Origin: Heptranchias perlo
Lineage: Eukaryota
DNA: 64,000 bases
Assembly (NCBI RefSeq): GCF_035084215.1
Contig: NC_090339.1
Span: 38,812,001 to 38,876,000 of the forward strand
Direction of reading: 5' to 3'
Part shown: positions 26,481 through 39,500 of the stretch, piece by piece
How the letters are laid out: each line of letters opens with the position of its first letter
How positions within the stretch are numbered: the first letter of the stretch is position 1
The notes under the pieces: generated by a model
Told to the model about the DNA's origin: nothing
The model's input: only the letters and a program-made list of their open reading frames with translations
Database searches by the model: none
Made by a program: the position numbers and the translations under genes

Positions 26481-27919
26481 CAGTGCAAACTCTCTCAGCT
26501 TTTTACTTTTTTTTGCAGTTTAAGTAGTTTCACCTGCAAACCAATTACATTTGTACTTATTGAAATAACTGGTTAATGATATTTGTGTTTTTGGGGGAGG
26601 AGAAATTTCTTCACTCTTTCTGATTCCTATTTTAGATCCCAAAGTGATGTTCACCACAATGCTCGTGAAGCATTTATGACCTTGGAAGATACATTATTGG
26701 TATAAACTTAATTCTGCTTCCTTATGCAAATGTTACTACTATGTACCTTTTTATTTAAGTGCATATAGAAAATTGTACCTTTACCAGAAGGCTTCCATTT
26801 GGCTGAAGAAAACCGGGGTAGATGCAAGTAAATTTATACTGACAAGAAATTGGTGACTGAATTCAAACTGAATTACAATGGAAGAATCTCTGAAATAAAC
26901 CCGGGCTTTTACAGCTTTATTTCTAAATACAGTGGAACTTCCATTATTTCCATTGAGTTGCCCACCAGAATTTTTGTGGGCGGTGGGGAGGGGTTGGGGG
27001 AAGAGAACCTGGTAGGAAATATTAAAGCTGTATAATGTAGGTTTTGTTTGTATTTTTTCTCATGAATATAACGAAACAATGTTTCTTTTATTTATAATGT
27101 TCTTGTCTTTCCTGTCTCTGATGTACCATACATACAAGACTAAAATTGAACGATGCAGAAACTTGATTAATTGCCAATTTCCAAATGTTAGAAATTCCAC
27201 TGTATTGGGGGGGGGGTGGGGGGTTGCTTTAGTTTACTGTGTTTATTTCAACGTGTGTCATTAGTGACTGGAATACATCAGTTTTGAAGTCCAGAATTAT
27301 GTGCTTAATCCACAAGGCTGTGCACCCAGCTAAAAATAACATTGCTTTATTGTAATGTACAGCACATGTGCTGAACTGTGGCCAAATTGATGTACTGTAC
27401 AAATGTGTTTAAATACTAAGTAAGAAGTTTTAAGTGCTTATGGGCTGCAAAAAAAAAAGCCCTTTTTTGAAAAGCAAATCTCTTGGTAAGTTGCATACCT
27501 ATGGAAACTAACTCCAATGCAGATAGTGTTAAATCTCATTGTATTGCTTATTAGGTATTTTTCTTTTCCTCTCCTTCCTTGCCTTCCTCTTTCACCTCTA
27601 AATTGCCAAGAAAGATCCCAAGTAAAATGAGTTTTATGGTTCAGATGTTTGTTTATCTTTTTAAAGCATCCCAAATTCCTAGTAGTTAACTTAAGCATCT
27701 GAATTAATATTTAAAGGTTCCCGATCTTCAGTATTGTTGTCAATTTGATGTTGCTGCTCAAGTTCTTAAAGGAAGTTCTGGACAGCATTAGGTATGTAGA
27801 TAAAAGGAAAAACTTCTGCACAATAATTGGACATTCTCACAATGTTATTGTGGGATTTTAGATTTGGTATGCTTTTTCAGTTTGCGACTGCACCAGTTGG
27901 AAGAGTTCACACAGTAAAA

Positions 27920-28305
27920 ACATAAACAGGAGCAGGAGTAGGCTGTTTGGCCCCTTGAGCCTGTTCTGCCATTCAATAAGATCATGACTGATCTTCTACC
28001 TCAACTCCACTTTCCCACCCTCCCCAATATCCTTTGATTCCCTTAGTGTCCAAATATCCATCGATCTTAGTCTTGAATATACTCAACAACTGAGCATCCA
28101 CAGCCCTCGGGTAGAGAATGCCAGAGATTCGCAATCCACTGAGAGAAGAAATGCCTCCTCGTTTTGGTCCTAAATGGTCGACCCCTTATCTTGAGACTAT
28201 ACCCTCTAAGAATTTTATACGTTTCAGTGAGATCACCTCTCATTCTTCCAAACTCCAGAGAATATAGGCCCATTCTACTCAGTCTCTCCTCATAGGGCAA
28301 CCCTA
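27920..28305 (-). mobile_element. CR1 LINE 3' fragment
   Basis: YEERLSRMGLYSLEFGRMRGDLTETYKIL and a typical 3' tail. Confidence 0.88.
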
Positions 28306-28879
28306 TGAGACGAGATTGAGGAATGCAATAACATTTAAGATCTTGAATTTCTCAACACAGGTCATATTTGTGCTCAGAATTTAGAAGTGATGCAAAGCTA
28401 TTTTAAGGCAGTGAACAAGTTTCAAAGAAGAAACATTTAGTATTTTTATATGATGTTCGCAAACCTTGGTTTTGACTGACATTTTCACCAGAGATTCCAC
28501 CATATCTTATTTGGCAGTTTTGACTGTTGAACACAATGCAGAAGTTCACTTGCTTTTCAATACCCATTGCAAGTAAGCTACATAGTTATAGTCAAACCAA
28601 TATTTGCCTGTCTGTTAATTTGTATGGAGGATTATATGCCTCTCTGCAATGGAGGAAAAGAGATTGTTCTAAGATCTTGGTGCAGATTTCAAAAGGGCCT
28701 CTATTTGAAGATAGTGGATTAAAAAATAACTATTACAGGAAGCATGAAAAGTAAAAGGACTTTGTTCTTGGTTGTCTTGTGATACTTCTGTACTTTTATC
28801 TGTTCCTTTTTTTTTTGCATTTCATTCTATTTTGTCATTTGCTATGTAGTTGTATTTCTTCCCTTCTAACAGCCCTCAG

Positions 28880-29330
28880 GTGTCAGCTGTGGCTTAGTGG
28901 TAGCACTTGCCTGTGAGTCTGTTGGTTGTGGGTTCAAGTCCCACTCCAGATACTTGAGCACAAAATCTAGGCTGACACTTCAGTGCAATACTGAGGGAGT
29001 GCTGCACTGTTGGAAGTGCTGTCTTTCGGATGAGATGTTAAACAGACGTCTGCCCCCTCAGGTGGCGGTAAAAGATCCCATGGCACTATTTTGAAGAGCA
29101 GGGAGTTCTCTCCAGTGTCCTGTCCAATATTTATCTAAATCAACGTCACTAATTCAGATTATTTGGTAATTATCACATTGCTATTTGTGGGACCTTGCTG
29201 TGTGCCCATTGGCTGCCGTGTTTCCTGCATTACAACAGTGGCTACCATCAAACGTACTTCAGTGGCTGTAATGCGCTTTGGGATGTCCTGAGGTGGTGAA
29301 AAGCGCTATAAAAATGCAAGTCTTTCTTGT
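28880..29330 (+). mobile_element. tRNA-headed Deu-type SINE (SacSINE1-like), near full length
   Basis: A box tggcttagtgg, B box ggttcaagtcc, Deu core gtctttcggatgagatgttaaac...aaagatcccatggcacta, and tail ctataaaaatgcaagtctttc. Confidence 0.8.
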
Positions 29331-30334
29331 GGCTTTTTAAGCTGAAACCTTTATACTGAATAATTTAGCATTTCCTTCTACTTCCTTATAGCTTGTTCCT
29401 TTATTGTTTTTCCTCCTGATTTTCTACTTTGCTCTCCTGATTCTTGCTGGGATATGGTTCCGTGAATACAGTGTGCGCTCTGTTAATATACACAAGTGGC
29501 CAGCAAGTATTTGGATATTCAACTATTTGTCGAATTTTTTTTCGCAAACCTACCATTCATGAATCAGCACAGCCAATCAAATTGCTCAGTTTTCCTGCAC
29601 CTTCCTTTGAGGATATGATGCTTTTTGAGTCACAAACTGGGTATAATCTAAAAATTGATCTTATAACAAACATTACAGTAAATGGTTTTTCAACAAAATT
29701 ACACGTGGCCATAAACCTATTTTATCTTTATAATCACTGTAAAATCTATCTTCTACATTGGCCTGCCCTGTTTTTGTGCCTTGAGGGCTAGGGTGCTGCC
29801 AGGTTCCTGGGCTTGTGAGTATGCTCCACCTATTTGCAGCCTCTAACAAATTGTAAGGCTACCATTTTTATGCCTGTAAAAATATTTCTGGTTTTGTAAT
29901 ATCTTGCTCTTCACTGCTGCAATAAGTTGATGTAGGGGATTTCAGAAATAGAGATGGACTGCAAGAAATAGGTTGTAAAATGGACTAACAGACCGCATTT
30001 ATTTTTGCGGCATTCTGGGCTGTAACTAATATATTTGGAACTAGTTGTGTGACTAAACTGACTTGCACAAACTCCTGAGTTCATTTTCAGTATCAGCCAG
30101 ACTTTGACCATCCTCAATACTAATAACAACTAATGTAAGCACTCTCGCACCGTTGACTATGAATAAAACTCTATCCTACTAATACTGTGTATAATTATAA
30201 AATTGAACACAATATATAATATGGCCAAAACTGCAGCCCATTAATAAGACAGCACTGAGCAGCAATATTATTAATACACCCAGAACTGCATGCCTAATGT
30301 ATGATCTGTCTTGCCATGAGCATTGGGAGCAAAC

Positions 30335-30450
30335 TTATAGCTTTGTGGTAGCATTCCCACCTTGAGTCAGAAGGTGCAGGGTTCGAAACCTGCTCCAGGC
30401 AGTCCCAAAGTGTGAACTGGAGCTTTACCTCTGAATTCTTGTTTGATATC
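30335..30450 (+). mobile_element. tRNA-derived SINE head fragment
   Basis: gtggtagcattcccaccttgagtcagaaggtgcagggttcgaaacc resembles the heads at 28880 and 43420. Confidence 0.6.
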
Positions 30451-31044
30451 CAGTGGGATCCTTGCGTTGGGTGGTCATAGGTTGTGGGAGCCCATAAAAC
30501 CCTCCTGCTGCATAAGACCATCAGTTGACATAAAAGTGTTACGGCCATGGAGGTGTGTACACGTCGCATTGTTTGGCCTGCAAATCCTTCCACCATGTCA
30601 CACTTTTCCAAGGGAAAAAGTGTGAAGAGACGAAAACAGCCACGAGCAATGCTCTACTATTATTGCACAATGCATTGCATATCTTTCAGAATGCTGCTGT
30701 CATAGATATATCTTCCAACACCATAGGGATATATCTACCTCTACAGGATGTGGTAAAGTCATTAGTGTAAGAAAATTTTTGTGACATACAGCACAGAATA
30801 TTTTGATCAGCTCACGTTTGGGGGAAACACTCTGTATATGTCTCAAAAAATTATAGATTTCTCACCAACTCCACTATTTATCACTACAAATAAAGATTTA
30901 TAACCAATACTGAAAACATCTTTTAAAAATTGCATGAAACGCACCAATGAATTCATAAACTTCCATGTTTCAACTCCTTGCAGTGCAAACTTTTTCCCAC
31001 AGGCTTTCATTTTCTCAGCAACATCAGCCTTTAGTTATCTTCCA

Positions 31045-31350
31045 GCGCCAGAGGTGCCGTCTTTTGGAAGAGGCATTAAACTGAGGTCCCGTCTGCACAC
31101 TCAGATGGACATGAGATCCTATGGCACTACTTAAAGAAGAGCAAGTGTCGTAGCCAATATTTATCTCTCAAACAACATCACTTTTTAAAAGAAAATTAAT
31201 TATCTGATCATTTATCTCATTGCTGTTTGTTGGATCTTACTATGTGCAAATTTGGCTGTTGTGTTTTCTTATGTTACAGCTGTATTTCATTGACTGTAAA
31301 GTGCTTTGGCATACTGTGAGCTCCTGAAAGCTACTATATAAATGCAAATT
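31045..31350 (+). mobile_element. Deu-type SINE, headless copy
   Basis: gaggtgccgtcttttggaagaggcattaaactgagg core and ctatataaatgcaaa tail. Confidence 0.72.
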
Positions 31351-31639
31351 CATTCTTTGCAATAGCTTCCATCTTTTCTGGATGAGGTTATTCGGGGCCT
31401 CCATGCATGCAGACCTTGATTGCCTTTTACACACTGCAGTCTTAATTCCGTGTCTTCTGTACCCTGCTGAAGTGCATCCTCTTGGGCTTCTGTATGCAGG
31501 CCTTACTGAATCTCTCTTGTGAGGACTTTTATCTTGCACACTATATTTTCCCACCCTGCACAATGCTGAAAATAAATCCTTCTTTCTGTCCTGCTCACTG
31601 CACTCTCGGGCTCTGCCAGCAGATCATCAATCACCACCC

Positions 31640-32450
31640 TTCTCTGCATTTCTCTCCAGAATGTCTGTTCGCTTGCAAACAAGGCCCTTGACATCATGAT
31701 CTTACTGTGGATGGTTGCATTGACAACATGGCTTTGACTGAAACTTGGCATATGGGTGGGAACACTTAATCTTTTAACGAAGCCTCCCTGCTTGGCTATA
31801 CTTTCCACCACGTGTCTCTCCCAAACTGCCTCAGTAGAAGTGTGGCCTTGGTTTCTCCCTCAATTTCCAGCAAAGGCTTCTCTTTCTACCCCACACTGTT
31901 ACGTCTGGAGTCCCCCAAGGAGCTATCTGTGTTGGCCACTTCCTCATCTGGCTGTTGCCCCTTTGGGGCATCATCCTCATGTACACTGATGACACCAGCT
32001 CTATCTCTCCTCAACTTCTCTCAACCCCTCCACTGCATGTGAACGGTCAGACTTTTTGTCTGACATCAAGTCTTGGATAAACCATCGTTATCTTTGGCCC
32101 CTGCCACAATCTCTGCCCGTGCCACTGATTCCACCCACCTCCCTGCCATTGTCTTAGGTTGAACCAGACTGTTCGCAACATTGGCGTCCTAGTTGACCCC
32201 GAGCTGAGCATCCGACGTGTAACCTCCCATCACTGGTGGCTGCACTTTTAGCTTTCTAGGCTCTCTAATTCCCTCCAGCTTTCCACCTCGGTCTCCTCCT
32301 TTAAGACCCTCCCTAAAACCCACCTTTTTGTCATCTCTCCTAATATCTCATTGCTTGGGGTCCATTTTTTTTTGGCTGATTATGCCTCTGTGAAGCAACT
32401 TTTGGGGTATCTTTCTATATTAAAGCCACTATATAAATGCAAGTTGTTGA
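31640..32450 (+). mobile_element. L2-clade LINE remnant, internally deleted
   Basis: Endonuclease N-terminus (..RLQTR/HDLTVDGCIDNMALTETW), catgtacactgatgacacc (YxDD-like) and ctatataaatgcaagttgttg tail. Confidence 0.65.
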
Positions 32451-32919
32451 AACATGCAGTAAGTTCTTAATACCAGCTATCACTTTTAACCATCAACAGC
32501 TGCCTCTTCAATTCCTTCATCAGACTTCTCGTTTCTAACAGTTTATTTTGTGGGTAAGTTCAAGATGGTTTCTAGTCATGAGAAGAGATAGTTAATCCTT
32601 CTTGCTATTGACTGCAGGTGGAATTGTAGAAGCTGGTGATTATGGTGGCCAAGTGGGTGTAGAATACAGTGAACTCAAATCCCAAAGATTTTTTTGAAAA
32701 AGCAAGTTTGTTTTGGGATCATTTCACTTTCGTTATGTTACATTAATGTGCATTTAGCCTTCAGTGAACATGCACTAATATGCTCCACCAGACGTGTGCA
32801 TCCAGTTCAGAGCTGTATAATACATGTATTGTTACTTATCAACATTTCCTCTGACTTGCTGTGAGTAATGCTATCATATATTTAAAAAAAACAAATTTAC
32901 TAATTACAGTATAAGTATC

Positions 32920-34065
32920 AAAGTATGGTACAGCACAGAAGGAGGCCATTCGGCCCATCGTGCCTCTGCTGGCTCTTTGGAAGAGCTATCCAGTTAGTCC
33001 CACTCCCCAGCTCTTTCCTCATAGCCCTGTAAATTTTTCTCTAGTATTTATCCAATTCCCTTTTGAAAGTTACTATTGAATCTGTTTCCACCATCCTTTC
33101 AGGCAGTGCATTCCAGATCGTAACAACTCACTTTTTTAAAAAAAAAAGTTTCTTCGTGTTGCCTCTGGTTTTTTTTGACAATCACTTTTTTTATTCGTTC
33201 ATGGGATGTGGGCGTTGCTGGCGAGGCTGGCATTTATTGCCCATCCCTAATTGCCCTTGAGAAGGTGGTGGTGAGCTGCATTCTTGAACTGCTGCAGTCA
33301 GTGTGGTGAAGGTTCTCCCACAGTGCTGTTAGGAAGGGAGTTCCAGGATTTTGACCCAGCGATGATGAAGGAATGGCAATATATTTCCAAGTGATTTGGA
33401 GGGGAACGTGCAGGTGGTGTTCCAATGTACCTGCTGCTCTTGTCCTTGAATCTGTGTCCTCTGGTTACCGACCCTTCTGCTGCTGGAAACAGCTTTGCCT
33501 TATTTATTCTGTCAAAACTGTTCATGATTTTGGACACCTCTATCAAATCTCCTCTTAACCGTCTCTGTTCTAAGGAGAACAACCCCAGCTTCTCCAGTCT
33601 CCACATAACTGAAGTCCCTCATCCCTGGTACCATTCGAGTAAATCTCTTCTGCACCCTCTCTAAGGCCTTGACATCCTTCCTAATGTGTGGTACCCAGAA
33701 TTGAACACATTACTCCAGCTGAGGCCGAACCAGTGTGTTATAAATGTTTAGTATAACTTCCTTGCTTTTGTACTCGATGCCTGTATTTATAAAGCCAAGG
33801 TTCCCATATGCTTTTTTAACAACCTTCTCAACTTGTCCTGCCACCTTCAAAGATTTGTGTACATACACCCCCAGGTCTCTCTCTTCCTGCACTCTCTTTA
33901 AAATTGTACCATTTAATTTATATTGCCTCTCCTCATTTTTCCTACCAAAATGTGTATCTTCACACTTCTCTGCATTTAATTTCTTTTGCTGTGTGTCTGC
34001 CTATTTCACCATTCTGCCTGTGTCCTTCTGAAGTCTGTTACTATCCTCCACATTGTTTACTATTG
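32920..34065 (-). mobile_element. CR1 LINE 3' portion with a nested LINE tail
   Basis: EERDLGVYVHKSLKVAGQVEKVVKKAYG and LEKLGLFSLEQRRLRGDLIE motifs. Confidence 0.9.
33186..33445 (-). mobile_element. 3' end of a different non-LTR retrotransposon nested in CR1
   Basis: SFIIAGSKSWNSLPNS...gggcaattagggatgggcaataaatgc...atgaacgaataaaaaaaa. Same family as 59120-59322. Confidence 0.75.
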
Positions 34066-36928
34066 TATTAATGTATTCAGGCTAGTGAAGCTTTTATTGG
34101 GAATAATGCTTATTGGTTACTGATACTATTCACGCAGTATTACTTTAATACTTTATTATATAATAATGTACTATTTTTAAAGGGAGTAGTTAATCTTAGA
34201 CACCAATACTTTAAAGTATTTTGTAGGAGCTAACTCAACAACTAAATGAGAATTAAGCTGTTTAATTCTTTTGTCCTTTTTTATAATGAGATGACATGGA
34301 AATTGGAGTGAGGCAGTTATAATCCCAAATATATGATCGAATGTAAAAATAAACTGCAGTTTTGTAGATTACTGAGTAATGTTTTTAGAAACTCTTTTTC
34401 TCTCTCGGTTTCTCTTACTATAGTTGACTAAGTTCCTTTCACTCTATCCAAGAATGTGCCTCAGCCCAAATCTCAAAAAACCTTTTCTCCACCATGCTGC
34501 GCAGTCGGATTCTTATATTTGCAATCCTTCAGCCTCCCTGATTGATTTTGCCAATTTAGTGGTGAATTGGGACAGATTTGTAGGTGGATAATATAACTGA
34601 TAGGGAAACTATTGTAATTAAAAGACTACCTAACTTAACAGCGAACAAGAATCCACTTTCCATGAAACTGGATTTTTTTTTTGCAATTTAACTTTTTTTG
34701 TTATTCCAGGCCTCTTAGATTGGGAAACCAGGTGGCAGGTGCAAGAACCAAGGGAATTAAAGAGCAAGCCAACACTACACACTCTGGTATCTATTTATAT
34801 TCAGGGAAAATGTTTCATAGCTGTAAAGATCAATACAAATACAAGATATGTTCTACATCAACCCTACCTCCTTTTTTAAAAAGAAAGTCAATATTGAACA
34901 AGAAATATGGCAATATTCATCCTTTGACAAAGTAGTGAAATAATTTCTTTTTTGCTTACACTAACGCTTTAAACAGGGCACTTAAGCCATTTTTTATCTC
35001 TCATTCCAAGTGAAGAGTGGGCCAGTGGATGTCTTGTACTATCAGAATTTGAACTCACTGGATTGGAAACAGAACCTTTGAAAAGCTGCTCAATTTTTCT
35101 ACATGCACTTCATTATATTTTTTAAATAATACATAAGGACTTGTATTCAAAGCAGTGATGGGGCAGCTGCAAAGTAAAAAGTGTGTTCGTGTCACCATAC
35201 TGATGTTTCCTGGTTGCCTGATTACAGGATGCCTGTCTCAAAAGGAAAATTGAGTCAAGTTACACCCCAGTCAAATCATCATCAGAAGAGGTGAATTTTT
35301 ATCGGCAGTGAAATGGGAAGTGAATTTTTATTTGGCGTGAAGTGGCAGTCCACTATTGTGTGAGGATTGTGCTGTATTTTACTTGAAATATTCCTTGCAG
35401 AAATGGATCACAGGGCCTCCTTTTTAAATTAACACTAGAATGACAATATAGTATTGTGATCTACAGCCTCTTAAATACAATAACATCTTTTCACCAAGAA
35501 CAAGAAAATAATTTTCTTACGCCAGGTGATGTTTACAGTTAAAATGAATGGCCAATATAAAGGTTATGCTGTTTTATTTAATATTTCCCTTTTATAGAAT
35601 TATACATTTCAGATGTATTCACTAAAATTTAATACGCATTCAAACCTGTCCACTTGTACTAAATTTTGCATTGCACATTTTTTCTGTTCTAAGATGCAAA
35701 TTTTAATGCTTTTTCACGACATACTTCTGCACTTAAAAAAACATTTTAAATAAGATGTATTTTATCCCCATGTCCTCTGATCGATCTTTGCCTCATCAAG
35801 ATCCCTGATCAAGAAGTCATGCAGACAACTGCTCCCAGAGTTCTGTCAGTTCTGATATATATTTCCGACAACTAGGAGGTGAATTTAGGTGTGCAAAATG
35901 AGGATTTCTGGTACTGGGGTATGATACACATTTATCTTTGAATGTTGTGCTCATCAAGGTGAGTGGTGTTGGGAATGGAGCACTTTCTATTTTAGGCACC
36001 CATGTCAGCATTAAACATTCCCAGGTCAGCTACAGCAAGGTTAGCTATGTAGTAAAGCTAATTTTACACTGCTTCAGATGCAGAACCGCATTCTCCATTG
36101 TACTAATGTGACATGTTTACATTTTCCACGCAAGGTAGCCTGTGGCAGCTGAGAGAGATTGCTAAATAGTCCTGGATCAGGACATTGTTATGTTGTAGGC
36201 CCAGGTGCATTAGGAAATGGATGAGACTGCTCAAAATCTTAGAACTCTTACTGCCAACAGACAGAGGAGTCTTTCAGCCCATCAGTCTGGGCTAAACTTG
36301 AAATTGGTCAGAGAAATGAAAGGCCACTGTCCAAAGTACTGCACTATCCACTTCCTCCTCCCTCCCCTCAGGCGGTGAGGAAGCAACTTTTTAAAGTTTG
36401 GGCGTTTTCTCAAGGCCTTCACTTGTGCAAATGTTTAGATGACAAGTTTCCATTCAAAGACTGAGTTTCACATGAACTGAAACCTGTATCTTTATTCTTT
36501 GCCAATTCACAAAAGCATGAAGATGAGCAAGATATTAATATATAGTCGCCAAGCTTACACTGTATATAAACTGCATTGACTTTTTTTTAGAATGGCAGAA
36601 TTGGTCATGCAGTTCCTCTTACCAAATTCTTAGAAACACTGTCTGGTGGTAAATATGAATTTCTTGAATTCCTATCGCCCCCCTTTACATAGAGGCTCAG
36701 CAAATAGAAATCTGAGAATGCCCCTCGAAGTAGCAGTTTCCTTGATTGTCCTTTAGCAAACAGAATCTGACCAGACTTGCATCACAGTACATAATGAGCT
36801 AGTGGTCTAGGAATTGTTTCTCCTTTTGATAATATCTTCTCAGCTGGAATGGTTTTCAACACCTGCTAGCTGACACTGAGACAAATTCATGTAAAATAGT
36901 CTGTGGAGGATACCACAGACACTAAACA

Positions 36929-36982
36929 ATGGACTGTATTTTGGGCAACCCACTGGCGATATGAAACAGCTCCAAAAATACA
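36929..36982. repeat. ~55-bp hairpin-forming repeat, copy 1
   Basis: atggactgtattttgggcaacccactggcgatatgaaacagctccaaaaataca, nearly identical to 37750-37804. Confidence 0.8.
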
Positions 36983-37749
36983 TTTAGCGCATTGAATAAG
37001 TTGATAAGGGCTTACATATGTCCTGCAGCCAGTTATGTGTATTAGCCATCTAGACTAACCTTGCCACATAAAAGAAATTTCATGGATATCCAAGACGCAG
37101 CTGGTTGTCATTTCTAACATGGATTTACCCTTCTTAAAATCATATGGAATAAAAAGGGAAATGGCTATTTTTGTCATGCATCTATCCTCCACTTGTGATA
37201 TCCTTATGACTGCATTGCTTGCTGAGGGGCATTGTGGCAGTGAACACTTGCCATACCATTGTAGCATAACTAATTGAGTATCATTGTTACTGCCCTTTAA
37301 TTGACTTTGTTTTATATCTGCTTGAACTAGCCAATATGTTTGTTCACTTCACCTCCCTTTCCTCAAATGTAATGGCCAATTAGGACAAATGGTTACCGTT
37401 ACAATTTAAGGATTTTAAAATACACGTTTTCTTTTGGTGGTTTTACTGGTTCCAGTGGGCAGATCTTATCCCCTAAAATCCAGAAGCTGTACCTTTTTAG
37501 ATAAACTGTCCTCAACAGTGGTGTATATCCAGAGGATTAACAGTTGCTCTGCTTGTAGTAATTTGTTTACTGGACTAAATATGCTTTTGTCCTATGTTAC
37601 ACTTTGGAATAACAGATATTAAAAACAGACCAGGTTTTACAAACTACAGCAACATATGAAGCACAAATGTTCAGTAGCAATAAGTGCATTATATGAACAT
37701 ACATATTAGAAAGCTTTGTATTGTGGTCAACCTTGCATAAGAAAGATTT

Positions 37750-37804
37750 ATGGACTGTATTTTGGGCAACCCACTGGTGGTATGAAACAACCCCAAAAAT
37801 ACAG
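37750..37804. repeat. ~55-bp hairpin-forming repeat, copy 2
   Basis: Ends ctgtattttggg...cccaaaaatacag are self-complementary. Confidence 0.8.
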
Positions 37805-38959
37805 CACGTGTTAAACAAAGTTCTCTCAATGGTTATTTCCTCCCTTTCCCTTGGCTGAAACGGCTACATGGAAGCAAAATATTACTTTTAACATGTTAAT
37901 TCTTTTGAAGTGAGATTCTATGACAAACTTAACTCACATTAATTTTACAATTTATAACATTACATACAATATGCTCATAAAATACACTATGCAAGTGTGG
38001 AGCTGAACAAGATTCATGCCATAAATTGCAGGAAAATGCATTTGTGTCAGAAGATCATTGAAGATTCAAGCACTATTAATCCATCAATGAATGTAACAAT
38101 GACTGGTGAAATTGATTTTTTGAAATAAAAATTGTATTGATTTTTAGAACAGTACTGAAGGTTAGGTTTTGCTCTTTATATTGCCATTTCTAACAGTAAT
38201 TGTTATTTTGAACACTGAACTACTGATTGGTAATTTCCTTTGTTCTTCATACTGAAAGGGATTGATAAGACTGTATATTGATGCATAACTGTTTATGCTG
38301 AAATAAGGAATTTTTTTGCAGTAAATCAGCTCACTGCATTATCTAATAATATATCAAATCTTACAGAATCATAGAAATTTCAGATGGAACAAGGCCTCTT
38401 GGCTCATTTTGTCCTGATCTCAAGCTATCTACTTTGATCCTATTTCCCAGTTCTTTCCCCATAACCGTTAATATTTTTCTTTTTGTGTTGTAACTTGTTT
38501 AATCCCCTCCTGAATAAAAATAAAATTGAATTATCTTCTGGGAAATGCCCCTAGGGAGGTGCCCATAACTTGTTTTAGAGAAGGTCCACTATTTGTAAAT
38601 TAACTCACTATCACATGAGTTGGTATTGAATCTAATCCAAACATTCATTTTACAAAATAACTTCTCGAACAAGAAATTTCAGTGTATGAAAAATGGCAGA
38701 TATTAATTGTGCAACATAATGGAAGTGAGGGATAATGTTTGAATCAATATTTTAAGTGTTGGGTAAGGAATTTGATAGTTTGGGATTTCTTTTTTTCTTT
38801 TCGTGTGCTTATCCTCTTCCCAGAAATGTTTCTGTTCACGATGCTCCTGCTAAGAAAGTGGATTGGCTGAAATGGCAACTTCTGTATTTTTTCACTAGTT
38901 TTCCTTTTTTCCCTTGAACTCCTGAAAGTTGGGGTAAAGTTCCTCAGGGACCAGGAACC

Positions 38960-39500
38960 TTTAAGTATCTTGCCCAAATGGCCCAATTGTGAGCCTGGAC
39001 AGTGAGTATTGGCAAGGTATTTGACCTTGGAAAGAATCATAGCTGAGCCTGATATCCTGACCCACTTTCAGTGGCCCCATGTGATAGCAGTCAGGATTGG
39101 GAACCTTGCTTGATTTCCTTCCCCACATTAGCCCACGGCTGCTGAGAGCAATTTTAGTAACCTGGTTGTCCACTCTTACTGGAATAGAGTCTAGGACCTC
39201 CTGGTCTGTATGCCTTAGTGAACTTGAATAAGTGTTTTTAGTTGAATTGATTTAGTTCGGCTCCTGATCGCCTAGCTATCTGATGAATAGCTGAGCCACT
39301 TCGCAAGAAGGTCCCAGGTTTGATACCTGATCTGTACTGAGTTAATTATTGCCAGTAGGGGTGTCACAGTTGGACCCAGTACCGTGAGGCTAAGGAGGGG
39401 AAAATTGCCCATTGTCTTGCTTCTGATTATTATCCAGTGACTCCTGAAAGCACACGTGTGGATGTTGGTGACGAATGGATTGGAAAGCATTATCATGAAG
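38960..39500. mobile_element. Head-to-head pair of family B SINE-like repeats (- 38960-39220, + 39280-39500)
   Basis: ggacctcctggtctgta on the left versus gaaggtcccaggtttgatacc (B-box-like) on the right. Bodies match the copy at 2030-2310. Confidence 0.55.

Noticed and set aside
28885-28950. tRNA gene (also at 30335 and 43420)
   Set aside because: A and B boxes are present but run directly into SINE bodies, and no intact cloverleaf is seen.
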